Source: an uncultured Actinomycetota bacterium (GTDB lineage Bacteria > Actinomycetota > Actinomycetes > JAHEKZ01). Taken from it: 64,000 nt of DNA. Positions 19,814-27,780 of the stretch are shown here, piece after piece. Position numbers and translations under genes: made by a program. Under the pieces are notes generated by a model, which saw nothing but the letters and a program-made list of their open reading frames with translations, did not search any database and had not been told where the DNA came from. The stretch covers positions 2,560,001 through 2,624,000 of the forward strand of contig CAWHIJ010000003.1 of assembly GCA_963829525.1 (NCBI GenBank), written 5' to 3'. Every line of letters begins with the position of its first letter. Positions within the stretch are counted from its first letter, which is position 1.

Positions 19814-21213
19814 TGGTCCTCGCCTCGGATCTGGCCGAGCACTTCGTCGCGAATGCCTGACATCGTCGCCGCATCCTTAGCCTCGACGTTGAGCCGCAGG
19901 AGCGGTTCGGTGTTACTCGCGCGCACGTTGAACCACCATGCGTCACCGGCCACCGTGAGACCGTCGAGTTCATCGAGCGTCACACCCGGCCGCGCTTGCC
20001 ACAGCTGTTTGAGCGCTGCAACCACCTGCACTTGGTCGTGCACGGTCGAGTTGATCTCGCCACTGGCGGCATAGCGATCGTAGGGCGACAGCAGTTGGGA
20101 CAACGGCATCGCCGCGTCACCTAGTGCTGCAAGAGCATGCAGACCGGCCAGCATTCCTGAGTCAGCGCGCCAGAAGTCCCTGAAGTAGAAGTGCCCAGAG
20201 TGCTCACCACCGAAGACGGCACCGGTCTCAGCCATTACTCCCTTGATGAACGAGTGGCCGACACGAGTGCGCACGGCCGTACCACCAGCTTCGGCCACAA
20301 CTTCGGGCACGGAATGACTGGTGATGAGGTTGTAGATGACCGTTCCTCCGGGGTCGCGCACGAGCTCGCGGTCGGCGATCAGGGCAGCAAGCACACTCGG
20401 CGAGACGATGTCGCCGCGTTCGTCAACGATGAAGCACCGATCAGCATCGCCGTCGAACGCCAGCCCAATGTCTGCGCCGTTCTTGACCACGGCGGCCTGC
20501 AGGTCACGCAGGTTCGCCGGTTCGATCGGATTGGCTTCGTGGTTCGGGAACGTTCCATCGAGCTCGAAGTAGAGCGGGAGCATCGTCAGCGGAAGGTCGG
20601 CGAATACCGCAGGCGCGGTCAAGCCAGCCATGCCGTTTCCGGCATCGATGACGACCGTCATGGGACGGACGTCGGCGAGGTCAACCAGCGAGCGGAGGTG
20701 GGCAACGTACTCGCCGAGCATGTCTCGCTCGGTGATTGTCCCTCTGGGACCAACTGGCATGCTGACGCCGCGGGCCAACGCGTCCTTGATCTCGCCCAGA
20801 CCAGACTCTTGACCAACCGGGGCGGCATAGGCGCGACAGAGCTTGATGCCGTTGTACTGCGCGGGGTTGTGGCTCGCGGTGAACATGGCGCCGGCAAGCC
20901 CGAGAAGCCCGGAAGCGCAGTAGAGCTGGTCGGTGCTCGCCAGTCCGATGAGCGTGACGTCGACACCGGCAGCGGCTGCGCCATCAGCGAAGGCGGCAGC
21001 TAAGTCCGGCGACGTCGGACGCATGTCGTGCCCGACGACCAGTCCGGGTACGTCGCCCTCACTTCTCAGCACCTGGACGAAAGCGGCACCGACCGCCCGG
21101 CAGATCCGGGCGTCCAGCTGATCGGGAACGACGCCGCGAATGTCGTAAGCCTTGATGATCGACGCCAACACCGCGGCGTCGACAGGAGCTAATACGTCCG
21201 GTTCAGCAGTCAC
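19810..21213 (-). CDS. manB: Phosphomannomutase/phosphoglucomutase
   Basis: KAYDIRG, TASHNP, FDGDADR, GGEHSGH, RASNTEP. Confidence 0.95.
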   Translation of the reverse strand: MTAEPDVLAPVDAAVLASIIKAYDIRGVVPDQLDARICRAVGAAFVQVLRSEGDVPGLVVGHDMRPTSPDLAAAFADGAAAAGVDVTLIGLASTDQLYCASGLLGLAGAMFTASHNPAQYNGIKLCRAYAAPVGQESGLGEIKDALARGVSMPVGPRGTITERDMLGEYVAHLRSLVDLADVRPMTVVIDAGNGMAGLTAPAVFADLPLTMLPLYFELDGTFPNHEANPIEPANLRDLQAAVVKNGADIGLAFDGDADRCFIVDERGDIVSPSVLAALIADRELVRDPGGTVIYNLITSHSVPEVVAEAGGTAVRTRVGHSFIKGVMAETGAVFGGEHSGHFYFRDFWRADSGMLAGLHALAALGDAAMPLSQLLSPYDRYAASGEINSTVHDQVQVVAALKQLWQARPGVTLDELDGLTVAGDAWWFNVRASNTEPLLRLNVEAKDAATMSGIRDEVLGQIRGEDQ

Positions 21214-21267
21214 ACCGGTGGACCCTACCGAGCCACCAGCTTCGCGCCGAGCCCACGGTCTGCTCGG

Positions 21268-21525
21268 TCAGCGTGGTTTGCGGGCCTTGTCGAGCACGCT
21301 CGCCACAGGGAGCTCTTGGTGCTGGACTCCACTGGCATCGACCCAGACCTTGTGTTCGCAGCGATGACACGAAACGAACTCCACCGGTGTCCCGTCGGTC
21401 AACGTCATGGCCAGATGGGTGATGCGGTCACTGCCACACTCGGCGCAGGCGATTTCAGGGCGGGCGCCGGCTTGGGTCAGGGATCCAAGCGGGATGGTCA
21501 GCGGTGCCGATGACGAGCGGGCCAT
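21268..21525 (-). CDS. Small Zn-ribbon hypothetical protein (85 aa)
   Basis: CAEC...CHRC pair; strong RBS GGAGGAG just upstream of the ATG; fills the intergenic gap. Confidence 0.75.
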   Translation of the reverse strand: MARSSSAPLTIPLGSLTQAGARPEIACAECGSDRITHLAMTLTDGTPVEFVSCHRCEHKVWVDASGVQHQELPVASVLDKARKPR

Positions 21526-21600
21526 GGGGTCTCCTCCTCTGGTGCGTTCCGGCAGGTGCCGGGGGTCCGTACGGGCGGCGGACTCTTGACGCAGAAGCGC

Positions 21601-21628
21601 TATCGGCCGAAGGGACGGTGCGGGTTTA
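21601..21628 (-). promoter_or_regulatory. Putative sigma28/WhiG/FliA-type promoter
   Basis: The minus strand reads TAAA-N17-GCCGATA about 75 nt upstream of the Zn-ribbon gene; the spacer is 1-2 nt longer than canonical. Confidence 0.5.
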
Positions 21629-21688
21629 ATTTAGGGAGGTTCCTGACATAACTCTTAAAACGGACATGCATCACTGTGTGCCGCCCGG

Positions 21689-22060
21689 TCAGACCTCCGA
21701 GTCCTCCAGGGGCGGAAGCACCCACAGGTGCCCACGACGTCCGTGCTCAGGGGTTTGGCGCCGCTCGTCGTCAGGGCCATCGACTGGTGGACGCCCCGCC
21801 TCCCGAACGGCGTCAGCAAGCGCCTCGAGGTCGTCGCTGCTCGGTCCCAGGAGGGCCGGGTCGGGCGCCAGTCGGACGATCTCCCATCCTCTCGGTGCGG
21901 TAAGCCTTTCTCCGTGGACCTCGCAGAGGTCGTAGCAATGTGGCTCGGCGTAAGTCGCCAAGGGCCCGAGGACGGCTGTGGAGTCGGCGTAGACATAGGT
22001 GAGGGTCATCACGGCCGTGCGATTGCAGGCGGTACGCGAGCAACGCCTCATGGGACTCAC
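21689..22060 (-). CDS. DUF3499-family protein
   Basis: RRCSRTAC...AV.TLTYVYADSTAVLGPLATYAEPHCYDLC..H...LTAPRGW...DDLEALADAVRE. Confidence 0.92.
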   Translation of the reverse strand: MSPMRRCSRTACNRTAVMTLTYVYADSTAVLGPLATYAEPHCYDLCEVHGERLTAPRGWEIVRLAPDPALLGPSSDDLEALADAVREAGRPPVDGPDDERRQTPEHGRRGHLWVLPPLEDSEV

Positions 22061-22182
22061 GGCGTGACGGTACCCGGCCGGGACGGCTGAATCGGTGATT
22101 TGCGAACCTGGTGGCCTACGTGTCGCTGCCGCCGGTCCTGCGCTTCGCCCAGTTGCTCAGCCCGATCCCTACGCTTACCTCT

Positions 22183-22608
22183 GTGACGCGCAGACATCGG
22201 CACGGCCGCAGCATGCGAGTCACGGCCGGCGTCTTTCCACGATCGGCGGTCGGCTGTGATCGCGTGACTCCCGTTGCCCAAGCCGCCGCTGCGCGGCTCA
22301 CCCGACTCACCGGCGCTGGGCGTCCAGGCTCGACGATCCCCGCTTTCGAGGTTGACGTCGCTGAGCTGCCGTCCCGCGACCAGGTCGCCCGCTACGGGCC
22401 GTCCGACGTCACTTCGGGGGCTTTGCTGTCCGCCCATCGCACAGCCGAAGACGGCACATTCGTCATCACCGTCTTCGCGCGTCCGGTGCTTCTCTGGGCC
22501 ACCGGTACCGGCGTATCCCTCCCCCATCTTGTGCGCCAGGCGCTGGCCGAGCAGCTGGCATCGGCGGTCGGGGTCGAGCCGGGTGACCTCGATCCTGAGG
22601 TCGACTGA
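22183..22608 (+). CDS. Zincin-like metallopeptidase-family protein (diverged, no HExxH)
   Basis: RRHRHGRSMR N-terminus, ITVFARPV, EQLA..VGVEP.DLDP C-terminus; conserved position opposite DUF3499. Confidence 0.65.
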   Translation: MTRRHRHGRSMRVTAGVFPRSAVGCDRVTPVAQAAAARLTRLTGAGRPGSTIPAFEVDVAELPSRDQVARYGPSDVTSGALLSAHRTAEDGTFVITVFARPVLLWATGTGVSLPHLVRQALAEQLASAVGVEPGDLDPEVD

Positions 22609-22652
22609 GCTGGACGTGCCCCCCGTTCTTACGTGCCGAAACGGTCGTCCGA

Positions 22653-24176
22653 TCACTCGATGGTTCCGACCGCGATGCCGGGGAAGGACTCCGGCACCTC
22701 GGCCAGCAAGCGCGCCGTCGAGAGGGGGAAGGATGTCACCAGGGGGCCGCGTGGGCCCTCCTCATCAAGCATCCGCACGCCGTAGATTGGCCCCTCGCCA
22801 CCGGGCGTGACGACGAGTCCGTACGAGTCGACCCGCTTGGCCTCGTTCTTCGGCGGCGCGACGGTGACTACCCGCGTGGTGCCCGCCGCGAGTGCGACCC
22901 GCCCGGCCGTCCACTCCCGTCCACCGGAAAAGCCCTTGACCACGGCGGACGCCGCAGCCTCGGGGGCGGTGAGGATGAGCCGGGTCTGCAGATCCGCCGA
23001 TGTGCGGTTGTCGGGGACCACGGCGGGTGCGTCGAGCGCGCCGGCCGCCGCCAGAAAGAGTACGTCGCCAAAGATGTCGGGATTTCTCAGCTCCACCCGG
23101 GCGCCCGCCGTGACGGGCGCATCCGAGGAGATCACGATGGCGGCAGGGTCCCCTCGCAGTGCTTCGGTCAGGTCGACCGAAGCCACCCCTGCAGCTGGCA
23201 CATCGATGACGTCAGCCCCCTGTGGGGTGAAGGTGCCCTCAGGGGTGACGAGCGAGAGAGTGACGACGGCGGCCTCATCGGGGGCGACAAGGTCGAGCCG
23301 GACCTGGCTCTTGCGGGCCTTACCGACGGCGGGAACTCCGGGCACGACCAGCTCGGTTCCCGGTGGCGCCGCCTCGGGGATCCAGTCGGTTCCGCGAGGC
23401 TCAAAGCCGAACACATCTGTCTCGGTGATGGCTGCCGATAGTCGGCCCACCCGCACTTGCACGTGTACGGCCATGACCTTTTCGCCTGGTGCTACCTGAT
23501 CGAGCCGAACCTCGACACTGGTTCGAGGACTCACCTGCACACCGCGCGCCCCTGGCGCATCGACGAGGCCGCGGCGACCATGGAGGGTTACGTCGACCGT
23601 TGCGCTTGCCGACTCAGGGTTGGTGAGCACGAGAACGGCACGCTCGCCGACTCCCGACGCCGCCCCGACGAACCAGAAGTCGGTGCCGGTCGGCTCACAC
23701 TGTGTCGACGCAAGGCCCCGTCCCTTGCCGTCCACCGTCCGCTCGGTCTGGGTCACCGAGAAACCGGGCGCCAACGAGCCGGAGGCCGCACCGGTCACCG
23801 AGTAGCGCTCGCCGTTTCGCCCGACATAGGTGCCCCGGTCCCCTGGTGCACCGAGACTGATCAACGTCTTCTCTTTCGACTCCTGCGAGACCAAGGTCCG
23901 AACGACGCCGCTGCCAGATGACTTCGGATCGATGCCGGGGACTTTGGGAGGAGTGGCCGCGGCAACGGCCGACTCGGTGTATCCCTCACGCGACCGGAGT
24001 CCGGGGCAGGCCACGGTTGTGGCAGTCACCGGCGTCACCTCGGGTGTGACCGCAGCCGGTGCCGAACGGTCGGCCCCGAACGCGGTGGCTGCAGCTCCGG
24101 CCGCAATCACCACGACGATGACCACCACGAGGTTGACTCCGGGTCGATAGAGCCCGGTCTTGCCCCTGGCGCTCAT
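22653..24176 (-). CDS. DUF5719-family secreted/membrane-anchored protein
   Basis: N-terminal TM, conserved Cys (VACPG, STQC), WFVG, LVLTNP motifs; 4-bp overlap with the GT2 gene. Confidence 0.8.
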   Translation of the reverse strand: MSARGKTGLYRPGVNLVVVIVVVIAAGAAATAFGADRSAPAAVTPEVTPVTATTVACPGLRSREGYTESAVAAATPPKVPGIDPKSSGSGVVRTLVSQESKEKTLISLGAPGDRGTYVGRNGERYSVTGAASGSLAPGFSVTQTERTVDGKGRGLASTQCEPTGTDFWFVGAASGVGERAVLVLTNPESASATVDVTLHGRRGLVDAPGARGVQVSPRTSVEVRLDQVAPGEKVMAVHVQVRVGRLSAAITETDVFGFEPRGTDWIPEAAPPGTELVVPGVPAVGKARKSQVRLDLVAPDEAAVVTLSLVTPEGTFTPQGADVIDVPAAGVASVDLTEALRGDPAAIVISSDAPVTAGARVELRNPDIFGDVLFLAAAGALDAPAVVPDNRTSADLQTRLILTAPEAAASAVVKGFSGGREWTAGRVALAAGTTRVVTVAPPKNEAKRVDSYGLVVTPGGEGPIYGVRMLDEEGPRGPLVTSFPLSTARLLAEVPESFPGIAVGTIE

Positions 24177-27100
24177 ACCGACTCCTCGTCCGCACGTCGA
24201 CGGCCGGGAAGCGCGACCAACAAGAGTGCAGCGACAGCCAGTAGCTGGCCACGGACCAGCCATCTCCTCCATGGGTCGTCGACGATCATCTGCACCTCCG
24301 CCGGCGCAGAACCGGCAACGAAGCGCTGACCCCAGTTCGACGCCGCCCGGACGGGCAGCTCCCGGGTTTGTCCTGCGCGGTTCTCGGTCGCGACCCATCC
24401 CTCATCGGCTAGCTCAGCGAGCTCGAGCAGGCGATCCCCGTCGGCGCCAGGAACCTCGACGTCAACGGCCGAGGGGTCGTCCGGAACCTCCGAGGCCAGC
24501 ACCGCACGCTGCCCGTCGGCGTCGAGGACCCGAACCCTTCCGGTGGCCTGCTCCACCCTCCACAGCGACGCTTCGCCGGGGTTGGCGATGCGCAAAAGTC
24601 CCGGAGCCGAGTCCAGGGCGACCTCGAGATCAGGGTCGACGGGCGGCACAGCGAGCACGTACTCGACGGCCCGATCGGCCAACTCGTCAACAGGGGCGCT
24701 GCCCGCCCCCGATGCCAGGTCAGAGACCACATCGTCCAATGACGTGAGCAGGTCAACAGGAGGGGCGGTCTCGACGTCGCCCCATTGCGCATCGCGAGAT
24801 CGCAGGACCGTATAGGCCAGTCGGCCCGATGCCGGCTGCAGGACCAGAGTGCGGATCTGTTCGGGCAGCGCCGATTGTGCGCGGACGAATGCTGGTAGCG
24901 GGTTCGCCGACCCGCGGTCCAACGGATCACCGGCGCCCCGCCCAACCCAGGTCACGCCCCAGATCAGCGGACTCACCGCAGCTAGGGTCACCACGACTGC
25001 TAGGGCTGGCTGTCGCCACGTGAACGCAGCGCGTTGCAGCCGGACGCTGCTGCCTCTGACTGCTGTTGCGGCAGCGACCAGGCCGGCTGCAACAGCCAGG
25101 ACGAGCACCGATCCACTCCACACTGCGACGGGTAGCGCGCTGGTCGCCGGCGTCACCACGATCGCCTCGAGCACCAGCGCCCACGCCAGGCAGATTCCGG
25201 TGACCACCAGGGCAACCCGAACAGAGCGCACCCGTTGAGCTCGGAGCACTGCTGCCAGGGCCGCAACCGCAAGGCCCGCCCCGAACCACCAGGGAGCAGA
25301 CCACCAGCCGCCCGCGTCGAAGAAGACCGCCTGCCACGCCGGCTCGTCATCACCGACCCAGCGAACACCTGGCTCCAAGACAAGCATGGCGGGGTCAGAC
25401 ACCACGACCGGCCACCAAGGCAACAACAGCAGCACCGGGCCGAGCAGCATCGCCAAGGCGGCAATGCGAGCAGTCCGCCGAGAGACCCAGATGGCCAGTG
25501 CCGCGGCGATCGCCACCAGCGGCACGATGAGCGGCGGCGCGAGCGCAAGCATGGTGCCCAGGAGCACTACAGCGACGGCAGTCGCCCGAACTGACACCGG
25601 TCGCCCCCCCAGCCCCACCGCTCGCGCGGCGGCGACCGCAGCAAGTGGCAGCACAACACCGACCAGCACGGTGGTCCAGCGACCTTGTGCAGTGGCGGCC
25701 AAGAAGACCGGGTTGAGTGCGAAGGCGACACCGACCCAGAGCCTGAGGCGCACTGAGAGCCCGAGCGGGCGCGTCACCAAGAAGGCGAGGAGGCCAGCCA
25801 CAGGCGGCCCGACGACCAGCACCACCGGCACCACCCACGTGGCGTGACCGAGCAACAGCATCGCCAGCACGCCAAGCACCGCCGTTGACGGGTGGGCCAT
25901 GGTGTCACTACCAAGCGTGACCGGATGCCAAGAGGCGGTGTACGCCTGCCAGAGATCAGAAGCCCCCGTGGGGAGCGGAAGCAGGGCACCGCCGTGCAGC
26001 ACGCCGTCGCGGTAGAGGCCACGCCAGGCGATCAGCTGGGTGGCGAGAAGCCCGCTGAACAGCAAAATGCTGGGTCGCTTGACCCAGCGACGCAACCGAC
26101 CAGACCCCGTGCCAACGAAAGAGTCGAGGTCGTCCTCAACCGGGCCGGACTCCAAGATCGTGCTGGGCGCTACGTCGGTCTCGACGTTGAGTGACCCTGC
26201 GAGCGACTCGAGGCTGTGACGGACCTGCTGGCCAGGCGGTGGAAAGAGGGTACGCAGCGTGCTCGCGCGCACCAGGCGCCAGCGGCGTCGCGAGCGACGC
26301 GCTGCGCGCAATCGGCTCGGACGCATGAGAACCATCCCGACGGCGGACATTTCCGCCGCCGCCTCACGCGGAGCCTTTCCTAGGACGTTGCCGAGGGCCC
26401 GCACCAGTGTCTGCACGAGCAGCCATAACCAGCGCAGCAGCAAAGTGGAACCACGACCGTTGGCCAACAACGTGTAGAGCGCACTAGCCCGGTCCGTGGC
26501 ATGCGGGTCCCCCCCGACGCCGGCACGTCGCCCGCGGGCCATCGCCTCCGCGTGATGCACCACCGAGTCGGTGGCCACCGCCACGCGATGACCGGCGAGG
26601 TGGGCGCGCCAGCCGAGGTCGACGTCCTCTCGGAAGAACTGCAGCGACCGATCGAATCCGCCAAGGTCGCTCCAGAGGTCGCGCCGCACCAGGAGCCCGG
26701 CGCTGCCGACCGCGAGGGTGTCGCGCTGGCCGTCGTACTGACCTTGGTCCTGCTCACCGCGCTCGAGCCCGGTGTGCCGCCGCCCGGAGCGTGAGATGGA
26801 CACGCCCACCTCGAGCAAGCGCCGGGGCTCGTCCCACCCGAGTATCTTCGGCCCCCACACCGATACGGACGGCTGGTCGGCGGCGTTGCGCAGCAAAGCG
26901 CCGAGGGCCTCGGGCTCAGGAGCACTGTCGTCGTGCAGGACCCAAAGCCACCCCGACGCCGGTGCAACCTCGACCCCGGCGTGCACGGCTGAGGCAAAGC
27001 CAGTGTCGGCGGGGAGCGTGATGACCTCGTCGATCACCTCGGCCTCCGCCAACAGGGTTGCAGTGGCGTCAGCAGATCCGGTGTCGACAGCGATGACTGC

Positions 27101-27232
27101 GTCAGGAGCTGGATCGAGCGCCGCAAGAGCGGCCAGGGTGCGAGGCAGAAAGCTCTCGCCGTCGTGGGCAACGAGCACCGCGACGACGCCGGGGTCGTCG
27201 GGCGTCTCGGGGAGGTGGACGTCTTGGCTCAT
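24173..27232 (-). CDS. Family-2 glycosyltransferase fused to a large multi-TM domain
   Basis: VLVAHDG, AVDTGS, WVLHDDSAP, FREDVDLGWR, then many TM helices; conserved downstream of whiB. Confidence 0.88.
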   Translation of the reverse strand: MSQDVHLPETPDDPGVVAVLVAHDGESFLPRTLAALAALDPAPDAVIAVDTGSADATATLLAEAEVIDEVITLPADTGFASAVHAGVEVAPASGWLWVLHDDSAPEPEALGALLRNAADQPSVSVWGPKILGWDEPRRLLEVGVSISRSGRRHTGLERGEQDQGQYDGQRDTLAVGSAGLLVRRDLWSDLGGFDRSLQFFREDVDLGWRAHLAGHRVAVATDSVVHHAEAMARGRRAGVGGDPHATDRASALYTLLANGRGSTLLLRWLWLLVQTLVRALGNVLGKAPREAAAEMSAVGMVLMRPSRLRAARRSRRRWRLVRASTLRTLFPPPGQQVRHSLESLAGSLNVETDVAPSTILESGPVEDDLDSFVGTGSGRLRRWVKRPSILLFSGLLATQLIAWRGLYRDGVLHGGALLPLPTGASDLWQAYTASWHPVTLGSDTMAHPSTAVLGVLAMLLLGHATWVVPVVLVVGPPVAGLLAFLVTRPLGLSVRLRLWVGVAFALNPVFLAATAQGRWTTVLVGVVLPLAAVAAARAVGLGGRPVSVRATAVAVVLLGTMLALAPPLIVPLVAIAAALAIWVSRRTARIAALAMLLGPVLLLLPWWPVVVSDPAMLVLEPGVRWVGDDEPAWQAVFFDAGGWWSAPWWFGAGLAVAALAAVLRAQRVRSVRVALVVTGICLAWALVLEAIVVTPATSALPVAVWSGSVLVLAVAAGLVAAATAVRGSSVRLQRAAFTWRQPALAVVVTLAAVSPLIWGVTWVGRGAGDPLDRGSANPLPAFVRAQSALPEQIRTLVLQPASGRLAYTVLRSRDAQWGDVETAPPVDLLTSLDDVVSDLASGAGSAPVDELADRAVEYVLAVPPVDPDLEVALDSAPGLLRIANPGEASLWRVEQATGRVRVLDADGQRAVLASEVPDDPSAVDVEVPGADGDRLLELAELADEGWVATENRAGQTRELPVRAASNWGQRFVAGSAPAEVQMIVDDPWRRWLVRGQLLAVAALLLVALPGRRRADEESV

Positions 27233-27342
27233 GGTCGGCGTCCCACCCTACGGGGGTTGTGCGGATGGGCAGCGGCCGCGGTGCCATCGCCGGGATCAAC
27301 GCAGACCGGTCTGGTGCGTCGGGTCGAGGCGTCCGGATCAGG

Positions 27343-27600
27343 CTAGACGGCTTCCTTCTTCAGCCGACGACGCTCTCGCTCGGACAGCCCGCCCCAGATC
27401 CCGAACCGCTCGTCGTGCGCCAGCGCGTACTCCAGGCAGTCGCCCCGCACGTCGCAGCCAAGGCAGACCTTCTTCGCCTCGCGGGTCGACCCGCCCTTCT
27501 CCGGGAAGAAGGCCTCCGGGTCGGTCTGCGCGCAGAGCGCTCGCTCCTGCCACCACAGCTCAGGATCTTGCTCTTCCATCAGACTGATGGCCTCGGTCAC
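27343..27600 (-). CDS. whiB: WhiB (WhiB2/WhmD) Fe-S transcription factor
   Basis: WQERALCAQTDPEAFFPEKGGSTREAKKVC..C.VR..CL...ERFGIWGGLSERERR; RBS GAGGAGG. Confidence 0.97.
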   Translation of the reverse strand: MTEAISLMEEQDPELWWQERALCAQTDPEAFFPEKGGSTREAKKVCLGCDVRGDCLEYALAHDERFGIWGGLSERERRRLKKEAV

Positions 27601-27621
27601 CGTTCCTCCTCGACCCTACGG

Positions 27622-27691
27622 GTGTCGTCCGGCCACGGGCCGGTCGAACGACATGCGTGGAATTACATGGGTGTCGTTGCCCTCCTGTCAA
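27622..27691 (-). promoter_or_regulatory. whiB promoter with GACAC motifs
   Basis: Minus strand TTGACA (27691-27686), 18 nt, TGTAAT (27667-27662); GACAC at 27675-27671 and 27626-27622. Confidence 0.6.
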
Positions 27692-27780
27692 CACTTTCTC
27701 TGCTAATCGTTCCCCCGACGCGGCACCGAACGTGACCGCTTGATCACCGACGGCATCCCTTCAGCTGGTGTTTCCGCAGG

